NCBI GenBank assembly: GCA_964525635.1
Contig: CAZGJX010000001.1
Span: 62,344 to 126,343 of the forward strand
DNA length: 64,000 bases
Direction of reading: 5' to 3'
From: an uncultured archaeon
Lineage (GTDB): Archaea > Asgardarchaeota > Lokiarchaeia > Sigyniarchaeales > SOKP01
Shown here piece by piece: positions 51,024 through 61,073 of the stretch; the first letter of the stretch is position 1, and every line of letters starts with the position of its first letter. The translations under genes and the position numbers were made by a program. Below the pieces are notes generated by a model. It was not told where the DNA came from and did no database searches. It worked only from the letters and a program-made list of their open reading frames with translations.

Positions 51024-51566
51024 TTAATTTACACAAATTATATTAGAAATTATTGATTGAAAGACATCATCTATATTCTGACCTGTTTTCGATGAAGTTT
51101 CTATATAATCATACATATTGTTTCTTTCTATTATTTTTGGAATGAGGACATTCTTAACAACTGAACAATTATAAAGGTCACTTTTTGTGGCAACTAAAAG
51201 AATTGGTAACTCTTTATTTTCAGTTCTCAATAATTTTACCCACTTATCTAGTGAAATAAAACTACTATAATTCGTTATATCAAATAATAATAAAGCACCA
51301 TGGGCTCCTTTAATTGCGAAATCTACAATATAACGAAATCTATCTTGTCCACCTAAATCCCATAATTGCATTTTGCAAAAAATATTGGAATAAAATAATT
51401 CTTTACTATAATGATCAAGACCAATGGTCATTTTTGAACCTTTAATAAATTGACCTTCAATATATCGTTTTATAAGTGTGGTCTTTCCTACGCTAGCATT
51501 ACCTGCTATTATTATTTTCATATATTTTTCTTCTTGAGTTGGAGCTACTAACATATTTATTACCAA
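51024..51566 (-). CDS. Rab-like small GTPase
   Basis: GNASVGKTT, MTIG, WDLGGQDRF, ATKSD, ETSSK. Confidence 0.93.
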   Translation of the reverse strand: MVINMLVAPTQEEKYMKIIIAGNASVGKTTLIKRYIEGQFIKGSKMTIGLDHYSKELFYSNIFCKMQLWDLGGQDRFRYIVDFAIKGAHGALLLFDITNYSSFISLDKWVKLLRTENKELPILLVATKSDLYNCSVVKNVLIPKIIERNNMYDYIETSSKTGQNIDDVFQSIISNIICVN

Positions 51567-51750
51567 ACAAAATAACTTTTTAATAATAAGAGAATTTCAT
51601 TAACAAATAATAAAATGAGTCTGTTGGTTTTCTGAGATTTTTTTCTTTAAAAAGTATGATATTTTTTTTATCAATATTATTTAAAACTCCTTTAAAGTAC
51701 ATTATTAAAGTTATAATTAAAATCAGAGGAGTTAAAATAATCTAATTTAA

Positions 51751-53332
51751 ATTATCTTAAAACAAAAATCTTATTTCATAACTAAAAAAACAGATTTAAT
51801 ATGTTTATATGAAATATGGGAGAAATTTTTACAAAACTCTCATAAAAATTCATTTATTAAGAGCCTTATTGATGATTTTAATAAATCAGGATGTTGGATA
51901 AGAAATTTTCGGCCAACACTCACGTTTATCCAGTACTTAAAAGAAAAAAATAATGAATTAAAAAATACTTCCAAAAAAGATAGTTCTGAGGACATTCCAA
52001 GGAATATTGAAATCCTAACTGATTATATTATTTTAATAGAGCTAATTAGAAATCAAAATATATTATTCATTATCATTCAAAACCTTATCTTAGAACACAA
52101 GGGAAATTATAATGCATATAATATAGTGGATTGGCTTTTAATCAGTGATACCGCAGCTAGAAATCAATTAAAACGTATGATTAAGAAAGAGGAATACGAT
52201 CAATATGTTCGAACCCAAACCTATGTTTCTATAGACCCTATAAAAGAAATAGCTAAAAATAGAGGAGGAAAATGTCATTCAAAAAGGATAAAAAATGCAA
52301 AGTCAGAAATACAACTTGAGTGTTTTCAAGGACATATTTTTTTTACTACATATAATTCTGTAGTGTATATGAACACTTGGTGTCCTAATTGTAATATATA
52401 TCAGTGAAACTATCTGCAGAGAATTTTTTGAAAGAATTTTCAATAAACCTTTTCCAAAAAGTTATCCAGAATGGCTAATTAATGAAAAGGGAAATCAAAT
52501 GGAACTTGATGGATACAATAAGGAAATGGGTTTAGCATTTGAATATCAAGGTATCCAACATAGAAAAATAGCTTTTGGTATGACTAAAAAAGTTCTCCAA
52601 AACATACAGAAAGAAGATAAATTAAAGTTAGAGTTATGTGAGGAAAATAAAGTGATTTTACTTTAAATCCCTGACGAAGAAATTGTACCTTATGATGAAA
52701 TGCAAAGATATATTGAAAAAAAATATGAACAAAAAACGGGAAATGCATTTAAAAACATTCCTAAATATGATTACCGAAGTTTTATAATTTATGAAAATAA
52801 ATATGCTAAAAAATTTAGGAGATTTATTGAAAGTAAAGGAGGAAAATTACTTACTCCATATTTCTCAGCAAAAAAAGAAGTAAAAATTATTTGTGAGAAA
52901 GGTCATCAATGGACAACTACACCAGATTCAATTCATCATAATAATTGGTGTTCTCATTGTGCTAATAATATAAAAGGAAATGCAGAACTATATCAAATAA
53001 TAGCTAATAAATTCAATTGTGAATTAATAAGTGAATATATCAATGCAAAATCACCTATAGAATTTAAATGTTCAAAAGGACATAAATTCAGCAGAATACC
53101 ATATTGGCTTAAGAGAGTTTATAGATCTATTGATAGTATATGCCCAAATTGTAAATTGGATATCTATGCTAAGAAATTTAAGACTATTATAGACAAAAAA
53201 GGAGGTGAACTTTTAACTCAATATAACGGTCGTTTTAAAATAATTAAAATAAAATGTAGAAATAATCATATTTGGAAAACAACACCAGCAATAATATACC
53301 AGGGTAGCTGGTGCAGACTTTGCAAAAATTAA
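51751..53332 (+). pseudogene. Disrupted Zn-ribbon-repeat protein with a central PD-(D/E)xK-like nuclease domain
   Basis: Frame open from 51751; frameshift in ATATATAT near 52400; continuation SETICREFFE...MELDGYNKEMGLAFEYQGIQH; in-frame TAA at 52664-52666; repeats GGK....Y......C..GH.W.....W C..C. Confidence 0.85.
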
Positions 53333-53347
53333 TTCTCTTTTTACATA

Positions 53348-56300
53348 TTAACTTTCTTCTACCTTAACATCTTCTGGTTCTAATAGTCGTTTAGCTTCTT
53401 CTTCTAAATCAACACTAAACACATCTGTAATACCACTTTTTTGCATTGATACACCATAAATCCTTTCGGCATTAACGATGTTTTCTTCACGGTGACTAAT
53501 TATAATAAATTGTGCTTGGCTGGAAAACTCCTGAATGACTGTTGAGACTCTGTGGACATTTGGACCATCGAGAGCCGCATCAATCTCATCAAGAATATAA
53601 AAAGGGGCAGGATAAAATTCTTGTACAGCAAATATGAAAGAGAGGGCAACAAGAGTTTTCTCTCCTCCACTTAAAATTTCTAAGGAAGATATTTTTTTAC
53701 CTCTTGGTCTTGCTTCTATACTAATGCCTCCTTCAAAAGGTTTATCTGGTCTATCAAGGATCATTTTTGCTGATCCTCCAGGAGATAATTTTTGGAAAAT
53801 TCGAGAAAATTCTCTGTTTATTTCATGGTATGCTTTCATAAATGTTTGAGTTTTTTCTAGCTCTATTTTATCAATTGCATCGAGAATAGATTTTCTTTCT
53901 CTTTGTATTGTTTGTCTTCTCATATCAATCTCATCAAATCTTTCTTTTACGATATCATATTGTTTAATTGCTTTTAGATTGACTGGTTCTAGAGCTTCTC
54001 TCATTTTAGTCGCGTTTTTAATTTCAGATTCGAGGTTTACTTCGGTGATATCTTCAGTTATACGAGGTAATGATCCAAAATCCTTAGATCTCTGAAATAA
54101 TGTTTCTATTTGATCATTTGTAATTATCTTTTTTGATTCTAAATTGTTTAATTTAGATTTTTCCATGGAATAATCTGATTTTAGATCAGTGTATATTTTT
54201 TGATATTGCTTTTGTTTTTTCCAAGATTCATCTTTTCCTTCAACAAGTTTATCAATTTCTTTTTGTTTTTCGGCTTTTTCAGCTTTTACTTCTTCTAATT
54301 TATTTTTAACATTCTCAATCTTAACGTCTAGATCTTTAATTTGACTTTCAGTTTGTAAAATTTCTTGTGAAAGAGATTCTATTTTCTCTTCTCGCTCTTT
54401 ACTTTTATTTAGTTCATTTAGATTATTTTGTAATTTTTGGAACTCTTTATTTAGCCTATTTAAATTGTCTTGAGCTTTTTTCTGGTCATTAATTTCTTGA
54501 GTTTTATTTTTTCTTAGACTATTAATATTTTTTTGTTTATTATCAACTTCTTTTTGTATGTTTTCGACCTCTACTTTAATTTCCTCAATCTTCTTTTTAT
54601 TATCTTCAATTTTCTTTTCAGCATCTATATTTTCGTTTTTCAATTCCTCAATTGAATTGATTAATCTCATTATGTTCTCTAATGATCTTAATCGATCTAA
54701 GGTTTTTTCTAAAATTTTATTTTTTTCATCTATTTTTTCCTGTAATGATTTATTAATCTCCCAAAAATTATCTTTTTTTAGATTTAATTCTTCTATTTCG
54801 GTATCTTTTGTCTTACATTCTCTATTTTTATTTTTTAATTTTTCCTCAATTTCGATTATTAATATTTTTTTATCATCAATTGAATTGTTAAGTTCTTCAA
54901 TGTTTTGGTTTATATCTTCAATATTTTCGAATAAAGTTTCAATTCCTTTCAAATCTTGTAGATTTTTATCTAATTCAGAAACTTCTTTTTGTTTTTCTTC
55001 TGTTTTTTCTTGAATTTCAGATACAATTGACCAATGATCCTCCTTCAATTTCTTTAATTGTTCAATTTTTGTGTTTAATTCTTCTTCTTCCTTTCTTCTT
55101 TCCTGAATCGTACTATTTCTTTCCTCTTTTACTTTACTTGATTCTATATTTTTTTCATTTATTTCGGTGATTCTTTTTTTAATCTCTTCAAGTTTATTTT
55201 GTGAGGCAGTTCTATCCTTATTATTATGTATATTTTTAATCTGTAGTTCAGATATATTTATTCCAATCTCATTTACATCTTCGCCTTGATTTTGAATATT
55301 TTCAGCAATTTCTTCTACTTGTTTATATAGATCCTGAGATTTCGAAACTGTTAGTTTTCTGAGAGAAATATGGACATTTTCTAGGATTTCCATTAAATCT
55401 TGTACAAAGTGATCAAAATTTGAAGTAGAATCTTGAACAGCTACATCAACAGATTCTTTTATTCTATACACTAATTGTTCTATTGTTTGATCAGCATTAT
55501 CATTGAATAATGATAAAGTTTGAACAATTGAATCAAGAATAGTGGATACTTCTCCTTTCTTTGATTCTGATTTCACATCTTCTATAGTTTTCATCATTTC
55601 AATGATATCTAATATGAATGCTTTAAAATCTTCTGCTGACATATCAATTGCTTCTGCATTCGACTGTTGAATATTGCTTTTTATAGATTCTACAGAAATA
55701 TTTATATTTTGGGTCAACATATTTAAGATTTGAAGGATTCCATTGATATCTGATTTATCTTTTTCATATTCTTTTTCAGCATTGTCAATACGATCTTGAA
55801 TTCTTTTTTTCTCTGCATTTAATTCCTCAAGTCTGTGAATAATATTATCTTTTCTTTGATTTAAATTCTCAATATTCTTATCATTTTCTTCTATATTTTC
55901 ATTTAATTCTTCAACAAGTACTGTTAAGTTTCTATTTTCTCTTTCTAAATTAGTTAGTTCTCTTTGATATATTTTTTCTTTTGTTTGAATATTGCTTATT
56001 TTTGATTGGTTATCATTTATCTCCGATATAAGAGCATCATGTTTCATTTTTATTAATTCCAGTTTTTTTTCATTTCCTCTGAATTCGAAATTTTCATCTT
56101 TTAGTTTTTTCTTAAGTACTTCTAACTCTTGGTATAACTTTTTTCTATTTTCCAAAATTTTCTTAATAGCATTTTCATGTTTATCTCCCTTGCTAATATC
56201 TTCTATTTTCTGTTCAATTTTTTGTTTTTTATTCTCAAGGTTTTGTCTATTTTCATTGTTCATTTTTATTTCTGTATTAATAGATGATAAAGTAGACATT

Positions 56301-57793
56301 ATTTCAGATATATTTGAATTTATTTTGGTCTTTTCTTCTTGTTTAAGATTAATTAAATTCTCTAAATCCTTTCGATTTTTATTTTCTTCCGATATTTTAT
56401 TTTTTATAATTTCAATTTCCTTTCTGATTTTATTTTCTTCATCTTGGACTAGTTTAATTGCGTTTTCGATACTTTCAGCTTCCCCTTTTAAATTACTTAA
56501 TTCTTCTTCTAATTTTCCTTTTTTTAGAATATTTTTCTTTATATTTTCTTTAAGTCCATTAATGCTTGTTTCTTTTGATGATAATTGTTGTCTTAGTTTT
56601 GAAATATCTGCTATAAATTTTGCTTTTTCCTCTTCAATCTCGTTTATTTGATCATCTAATTTAACTTGACTTTGTTGTTTTAATTCAATTTCTTTCTTTG
56701 AATCTTCAATTTTACTTTCTATTTTTTCAATTTCATTTTTTAATTCATTGATTAAAGTATCCAAGTCTTGTCCTTCTTGTAATTCCGTTTGAAGGGTTTC
56801 TAATTTATTTTTTTCTTTTTTAAGTTTTTCTAACGATTTTTTAGCTAGGTCTGAAGTTGTTTGATTTGAGGATAATTCTGTTTTTAATACAATTATTTGT
56901 TCATTTATATCATCTCTTTCTTTCTCCCTCTGATTTATTGAGCTTTGAATATTATCCATGACTAATGATTCTTGTTTAAGTATTTCTTCCTGTCTATTTA
57001 TTTTTTCTTCAAATTCTTCGAGTAATTTTTGGGTTTCCTCAATATTCTTTTCAATTGCTTCCTCTTCTTTTTTTAATTTAGATATTTTTAACGCAATTAA
57101 TTTTACATTTAGGTCTTTAATTTTCTGGTCTATCTCTTTCCATGCTAAAGCATCATTTTTTTCTTTTTCAACTTTCTTGAGTTGAGAGGATACTTCTTTA
57201 AAAATTGCTTCAAATTGACCTAGATCCCGTTCAGCTTTTTCTAATTCTTTTATTGTTTCATTTTTCATTTCATCATATTTTTGAAGTCCAATTAGTTCCT
57301 CTATAAATTTTCGTCTTTCTTCAGTATTCATATGAGTTAATTCAACTATTTTACCTTGAAGGACAAATTGGTTACTCCCATCAGGATCAATATTAGCAGA
57401 AGCGAGTATATTTAGAATTTGTTGACGAGTGGCGGCCTTTCCATTCATTTTATATTTATTTCCTTTACCTTTTATGACTGTCCTCGATATTTCAAAGTCT
57501 TCAGTTCCTCCGGGAAAAATTCCATCTGAATTATCAAAATATAATGAAACTGAGGCTCTATTTGAAGGATTGTGTCCCCTTGAGCCCGCAAAAATAAGAT
57601 CCTCGAGTTTTTCTGCCCTCATTGTCTTTTTTGAGAGCCTTCCAAGAGCAAAACATAGAGCATCAATTATATTTGACTTACCTGCTCCATTTGGCCCAAC
57701 TACACATGTAAATCCTTGTGAAAGCTTTATGGTAACAGTACGATCTCCGAAGGATTTAAATCCTGTCATTGAAATTTTCTTAATATATGTCAA
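53348..57793 (-). CDS. smc: SMC chromosome segregation ATPase, 1481 aa, atypical hinge
   Basis: GFKSF, GPNGAGKSN, Q-loop VLQG, PVNLKAI.QY, LSGGEK, ILDEIDAALD, IISH; scpA and scpB nearby. Confidence 0.95.
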   Translation of the reverse strand: MTYIKKISMTGFKSFGDRTVTIKLSQGFTCVVGPNGAGKSNIIDALCFALGRLSKKTMRAEKLEDLIFAGSRGHNPSNRASVSLYFDNSDGIFPGGTEDFEISRTVIKGKGNKYKMNGKAATRQQILNILASANIDPDGSNQFVLQGKIVELTHMNTEERRKFIEELIGLQKYDEMKNETIKELEKAERDLGQFEAIFKEVSSQLKKVEKEKNDALAWKEIDQKIKDLNVKLIALKISKLKKEEEAIEKNIEETQKLLEEFEEKINRQEEILKQESLVMDNIQSSINQREKERDDINEQIIVLKTELSSNQTTSDLAKKSLEKLKKEKNKLETLQTELQEGQDLDTLINELKNEIEKIESKIEDSKKEIELKQQSQVKLDDQINEIEEEKAKFIADISKLRQQLSSKETSINGLKENIKKNILKKGKLEEELSNLKGEAESIENAIKLVQDEENKIRKEIEIIKNKISEENKNRKDLENLINLKQEEKTKINSNISEIMSTLSSINTEIKMNNENRQNLENKKQKIEQKIEDISKGDKHENAIKKILENRKKLYQELEVLKKKLKDENFEFRGNEKKLELIKMKHDALISEINDNQSKISNIQTKEKIYQRELTNLERENRNLTVLVEELNENIEENDKNIENLNQRKDNIIHRLEELNAEKKRIQDRIDNAEKEYEKDKSDINGILQILNMLTQNINISVESIKSNIQQSNAEAIDMSAEDFKAFILDIIEMMKTIEDVKSESKKGEVSTILDSIVQTLSLFNDNADQTIEQLVYRIKESVDVAVQDSTSNFDHFVQDLMEILENVHISLRKLTVSKSQDLYKQVEEIAENIQNQGEDVNEIGINISELQIKNIHNNKDRTASQNKLEEIKKRITEINEKNIESSKVKEERNSTIQERRKEEEELNTKIEQLKKLKEDHWSIVSEIQEKTEEKQKEVSELDKNLQDLKGIETLFENIEDINQNIEELNNSIDDKKILIIEIEEKLKNKNRECKTKDTEIEELNLKKDNFWEINKSLQEKIDEKNKILEKTLDRLRSLENIMRLINSIEELKNENIDAEKKIEDNKKKIEEIKVEVENIQKEVDNKQKNINSLRKNKTQEINDQKKAQDNLNRLNKEFQKLQNNLNELNKSKEREEKIESLSQEILQTESQIKDLDVKIENVKNKLEEVKAEKAEKQKEIDKLVEGKDESWKKQKQYQKIYTDLKSDYSMEKSKLNNLESKKIITNDQIETLFQRSKDFGSLPRITEDITEVNLESEIKNATKMREALEPVNLKAIKQYDIVKERFDEIDMRRQTIQRERKSILDAIDKIELEKTQTFMKAYHEINREFSRIFQKLSPGGSAKMILDRPDKPFEGGISIEARPRGKKISSLEILSGGEKTLVALSFIFAVQEFYPAPFYILDEIDAALDGPNVHRVSTVIQEFSSQAQFIIISHREENIVNAERIYGVSMQKSGITDVFSVDLEEEAKRLLEPEDVKVEES

Positions 57794-57930
57794 AATAAAT
57801 CGACTTATCTCAAATTATTATATAATTTAAATGAATAATTATGAGTATAAATTTTTTTTTTATACTCTCAGATTTTAGTTTATGAAACATAAGTTATAAT
57901 AAATATAAAATGTTGCTGTAAAAAAAAAAA

Positions 57931-59145
57931 TTAATTATATTGGTTAAGAATTTGATTTTTTTCAAATATAGCATCAATCATGGCTTTTAATTTCAATGGA
58001 CTTATTGTTATAAAATAAAATTCATCTAATATATTAGTTTTATTAAAGTTTTTTATATTTTGAGATAATAATTTTTTAGAAGAATTAATTAGTCCAATGT
58101 TTTTAGCATTTGATATTAAATGATTAAATTCTTCGAGATTTTTATTATATTCAAGTGTTTCACATGAAATTAAATAAAGTTCCTTTATATTTCTTAACGA
58201 AATATAAAAAATTGAGGGATGGTTAACAAAATAATTAGAAAGGTTATCTAAAAAAATCACATTTAATAAATCCTCTTCAGATAGATATGTAAGAATATTA
58301 AATTCATCAAGGGTAAGAAATGATTCAAAGTGATTTTCACAGATTTCTAACATGTGGTGATAATTTACTGAATCACTCTTTTGGAGATAAGGATAAAGAT
58401 CTCTTAATATGTCAATTCCTTTTCCAGGAATTGGGATATAATTGTCGAAAATTAAATCCGTCATGAATTCAATCAATTCTATATCAATTTCATGAGAAAA
58501 TGTTAGAGAGATTCTCTGTTTAAAAATGTAAAAAAGCTGGTTATAAGTAAAATAATTCAATTTTCTTTTATAATCATAATGAGATAAAATATCTATTGTG
58601 GAGGATTTTAAGACATTATTTATAGTTGATATAATAGTAATTTTTAATTCTTTACCAAAAGAGAGTAATTTTTTCAGGATTTTAGGTTCTAAATATTCAG
58701 TATTTTTGAGAACTATCACAATATTACTATTTAATCTTTTAGTAGCTAACTTTAAAATACTCCAAAGCTGGTAGATTTTTAAATTAACAATTGTATTGAT
58801 ATCTAATTTAAAATTTAAAAGTTTTAATAATATAGATAAAATGGACATTATTATCTCTTCAAGAGTTTTTTCTTTACAATCAACATCAATTTTTTTGAAA
58901 TCTTTAATATATTTATTTTGTTCGACCAAATCCTTTAAAACTTTATTAATTATTACTTTTTTTCCAATTCCTTCAATACCCTGATATAATATATTCATAG
59001 AAAAATCATCCGATATGCTATCTTTTAAAATAGAAAAAAGAGAATTTTCTTCCTTTTTTCTATACAAAATTACAGGTGGTATATATAATGGATCGAAGAG
59101 AGCCTTAGGACCAACAAAATCTATATTCTTTCCTGTTAAATTCAT
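57931..59145 (-). CDS. Cdc6/Orc1-like AAA+ protein with degenerate ATPase motifs
   Basis: LFDPLYIPPVILYRKKE, GIEGIGKK, IDVDC, Walker B position VIVLKNTE, FTYNQLFYIFKQR, C-terminal wHTH. Confidence 0.78.
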   Translation of the reverse strand: MNLTGKNIDFVGPKALFDPLYIPPVILYRKKEENSLFSILKDSISDDFSMNILYQGIEGIGKKVIINKVLKDLVEQNKYIKDFKKIDVDCKEKTLEEIIMSILSILLKLLNFKLDINTIVNLKIYQLWSILKLATKRLNSNIVIVLKNTEYLEPKILKKLLSFGKELKITIISTINNVLKSSTIDILSHYDYKRKLNYFTYNQLFYIFKQRISLTFSHEIDIELIEFMTDLIFDNYIPIPGKGIDILRDLYPYLQKSDSVNYHHMLEICENHFESFLTLDEFNILTYLSEEDLLNVIFLDNLSNYFVNHPSIFYISLRNIKELYLISCETLEYNKNLEEFNHLISNAKNIGLINSSKKLLSQNIKNFNKTNILDEFYFITISPLKLKAMIDAIFEKNQILNQYN

Positions 59146-59278
59146 ATTATTTTCTATTTGATTTTATTATATTTTTTAACTTTAGTATTTAAACCCCACT
59201 GAGAGAGAGGTGATTGGAAGTAAAAATAAAAGTAATTATAAAAATTTTTTATTAGATAAAAATTGAGTAAAAATAATT

Positions 59279-60091
59279 CTAATTTATCTTATTAACTTTA
59301 ATCAAATCTTTATCGATTTTTTCATTCAATCTTATTTGCCTTATTTTTTTAGGAAAATCCAAGTCTATATCATCATATATAAATCCATCTTTATTCAAAG
59401 GAGCTTCAATAATATGCAATATAGATGGTGTTATTGAATCCTTGATAAATGATATTATTTTACTATTTCCAAGAAACTTTTTATTATGCATAGTCGCTAA
59501 TGTATTACATGCTATAACAGGAATCCTGTTTTCAAGAGCTCGAGCTTGTAAATAGACTTTCCAATTATATAATCCAAGTTCACTAATTTGAGTAGGAGAT
59601 AATAATAAATCCGCACCATTTTCTATAGCTAATCTAGGGATTTCATAAAATGCCATATCAAAACAAATTAAAATGGCAAAATAATAATTATTGAGTTTGA
59701 ATAAATTTAAATTATTTCCCCTCTGGAAATATTTAGATTCAAAGGTATAGAGATGAATTTTATCTTGATTTCCAATTTCTTCACCTTTATTATTAAAAAA
59801 ATAACATGTGATAAATGGTTTTTCTATAGAATGTCTCTTTTCCCAAATTCCACCTGATAAAAGATTAATTGAATATTCTTCTGCTAAATTTTGTATAAAA
59901 GAATAATCGTCACCTCTCCGTTGTTGAAGGTTATCCTCAATTTTATCATAAAAAGGAATCCATCTTTCTGGTAAACAAATAAGATCACATTTATTATATT
60001 TCTCTAATAATGATTTCAAGAGGACCTCAATATGTTTATAACATTTCTTTCTATTTTCTAATATTCTAGGTTGAAGACAAGCAATTCTCAT
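59279..60091 (-). CDS. Carbon-nitrogen hydrolase (nitrilase family)
   Basis: LICLPE, DKIHL, ILICFD, ARALEN. Confidence 0.92.
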   Translation of the reverse strand: MRIACLQPRILENRKKCYKHIEVLLKSLLEKYNKCDLICLPERWIPFYDKIEDNLQQRRGDDYSFIQNLAEEYSINLLSGGIWEKRHSIEKPFITCYFFNNKGEEIGNQDKIHLYTFESKYFQRGNNLNLFKLNNYYFAILICFDMAFYEIPRLAIENGADLLLSPTQISELGLYNWKVYLQARALENRIPVIACNTLATMHNKKFLGNSKIISFIKDSITPSILHIIEAPLNKDGFIYDDIDLDFPKKIRQIRLNEKIDKDLIKVNKIN

Positions 60092-60096
60092 AATAT

Positions 60097-60849
60097 TTAT
60101 TTAGCTTGTATATTTAATTCGTCTATAATATCAAAGATTTCATTTAATGATTTTATTTCTTTGTCTGGTGTGATATCATGATATATTTCATTATCTGGAT
60201 TTAAAGAATCATATTTTCCACCCCTATGAATATAGATGCTATAGATATTATTTTTGATAGCAGGGTAGATATCTTTATCTAATCTATCACCTATATATAT
60301 ACTCTCTTGGCCTTTAATACCAAATTTCCTAAGACAATATTTAAATAATTTCGGATTTGGTTTTCTGATACCAATTTGATCAGAGATAACAACTAAATCA
60401 ATTAAATGTTCAATATTTAACCTTAAGATCTTTTCATATTGTTTTATTGGAATACCATCAGTAATTATAGCGGTTTTTATATTGTATTCTTTTAATTTGA
60501 GTAAACATTGTTCGACATCTTCATAAAGTTCAATCGAATCAATTTTTTCTTTATGGTATGCCATAACTGCAGCGGCAATATATTTATACTGCATATTGAA
60601 TGATAAATTAATATTTTCATCTACTTGATTCAATCTACGAATAAAATAATTATAATGTGCAGAGAAATTAGAACCATATTCTTCTACTATTTCCTTTAAA
60701 ATTTTAATGGCTTTTTCTCTTTTAATATCTAATCCTAAATTGATCATAGCATCAATTCCTTTTATGCGTGCTTTTCTTGAAAGTCCTGTAGAATCAAATA
60801 AACAATCATCTAAATCAAATCCAACTAATTTTATAGTCATATTATTCAA
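60097..60849 (-). CDS. HAD-superfamily hydrolase (subfamily IA)
   Basis: FDLDDCL, IITDG, KPNP, IGDRLDKD. Confidence 0.93.
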   Translation of the reverse strand: MNNMTIKLVGFDLDDCLFDSTGLSRKARIKGIDAMINLGLDIKREKAIKILKEIVEEYGSNFSAHYNYFIRRLNQVDENINLSFNMQYKYIAAAVMAYHKEKIDSIELYEDVEQCLLKLKEYNIKTAIITDGIPIKQYEKILRLNIEHLIDLVVISDQIGIRKPNPKLFKYCLRKFGIKGQESIYIGDRLDKDIYPAIKNNIYSIYIHRGGKYDSLNPDNEIYHDITPDKEIKSLNEIFDIIDELNIQAK

Positions 60850-61073
60850 AGATATTAATTTATTTTAATATATATATGTTTTAAACATATTTAATATAAC
60901 GATAATAGGATTTAATTAAATTTATTACTTTAATAAATAACTAGCCGCCAATAACATAAATTTATTTATTCTTAAGGATATATAATCTTTAATATTATTT
61001 TATATTCTATTATTATCTAAAGAGAGAAATTCGGATAAAGGTAAATTAAAATACTGTATTGGAGAATTACTAA

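Noticed and set aside
52405-52407. TGA as selenocysteine read-through
   Set aside because: Homology continues in a different frame (frameshift in a TA run), and a later TAA also interrupts the gene.
53634-57830. Long antisense ORFs over smc (and similar ones over VIT1, top6B, coaBC, HDAC and others)
   Set aside because: F/S/I/L-rich mirror translations of K/E-rich genes on the opposite strand; no motifs.
57843-57867. Inverted repeat GAGTATAAA/TTTATACTC between the cdc6-like gene and smc
   Set aside because: A single AT-rich palindrome; cannot distinguish an operator, a terminator or chance.
59146-59278. Replication origin next to the cdc6-like gene
   Set aside because: Short intergenic region with no repeated ORB elements, and the adjacent protein is degenerate.
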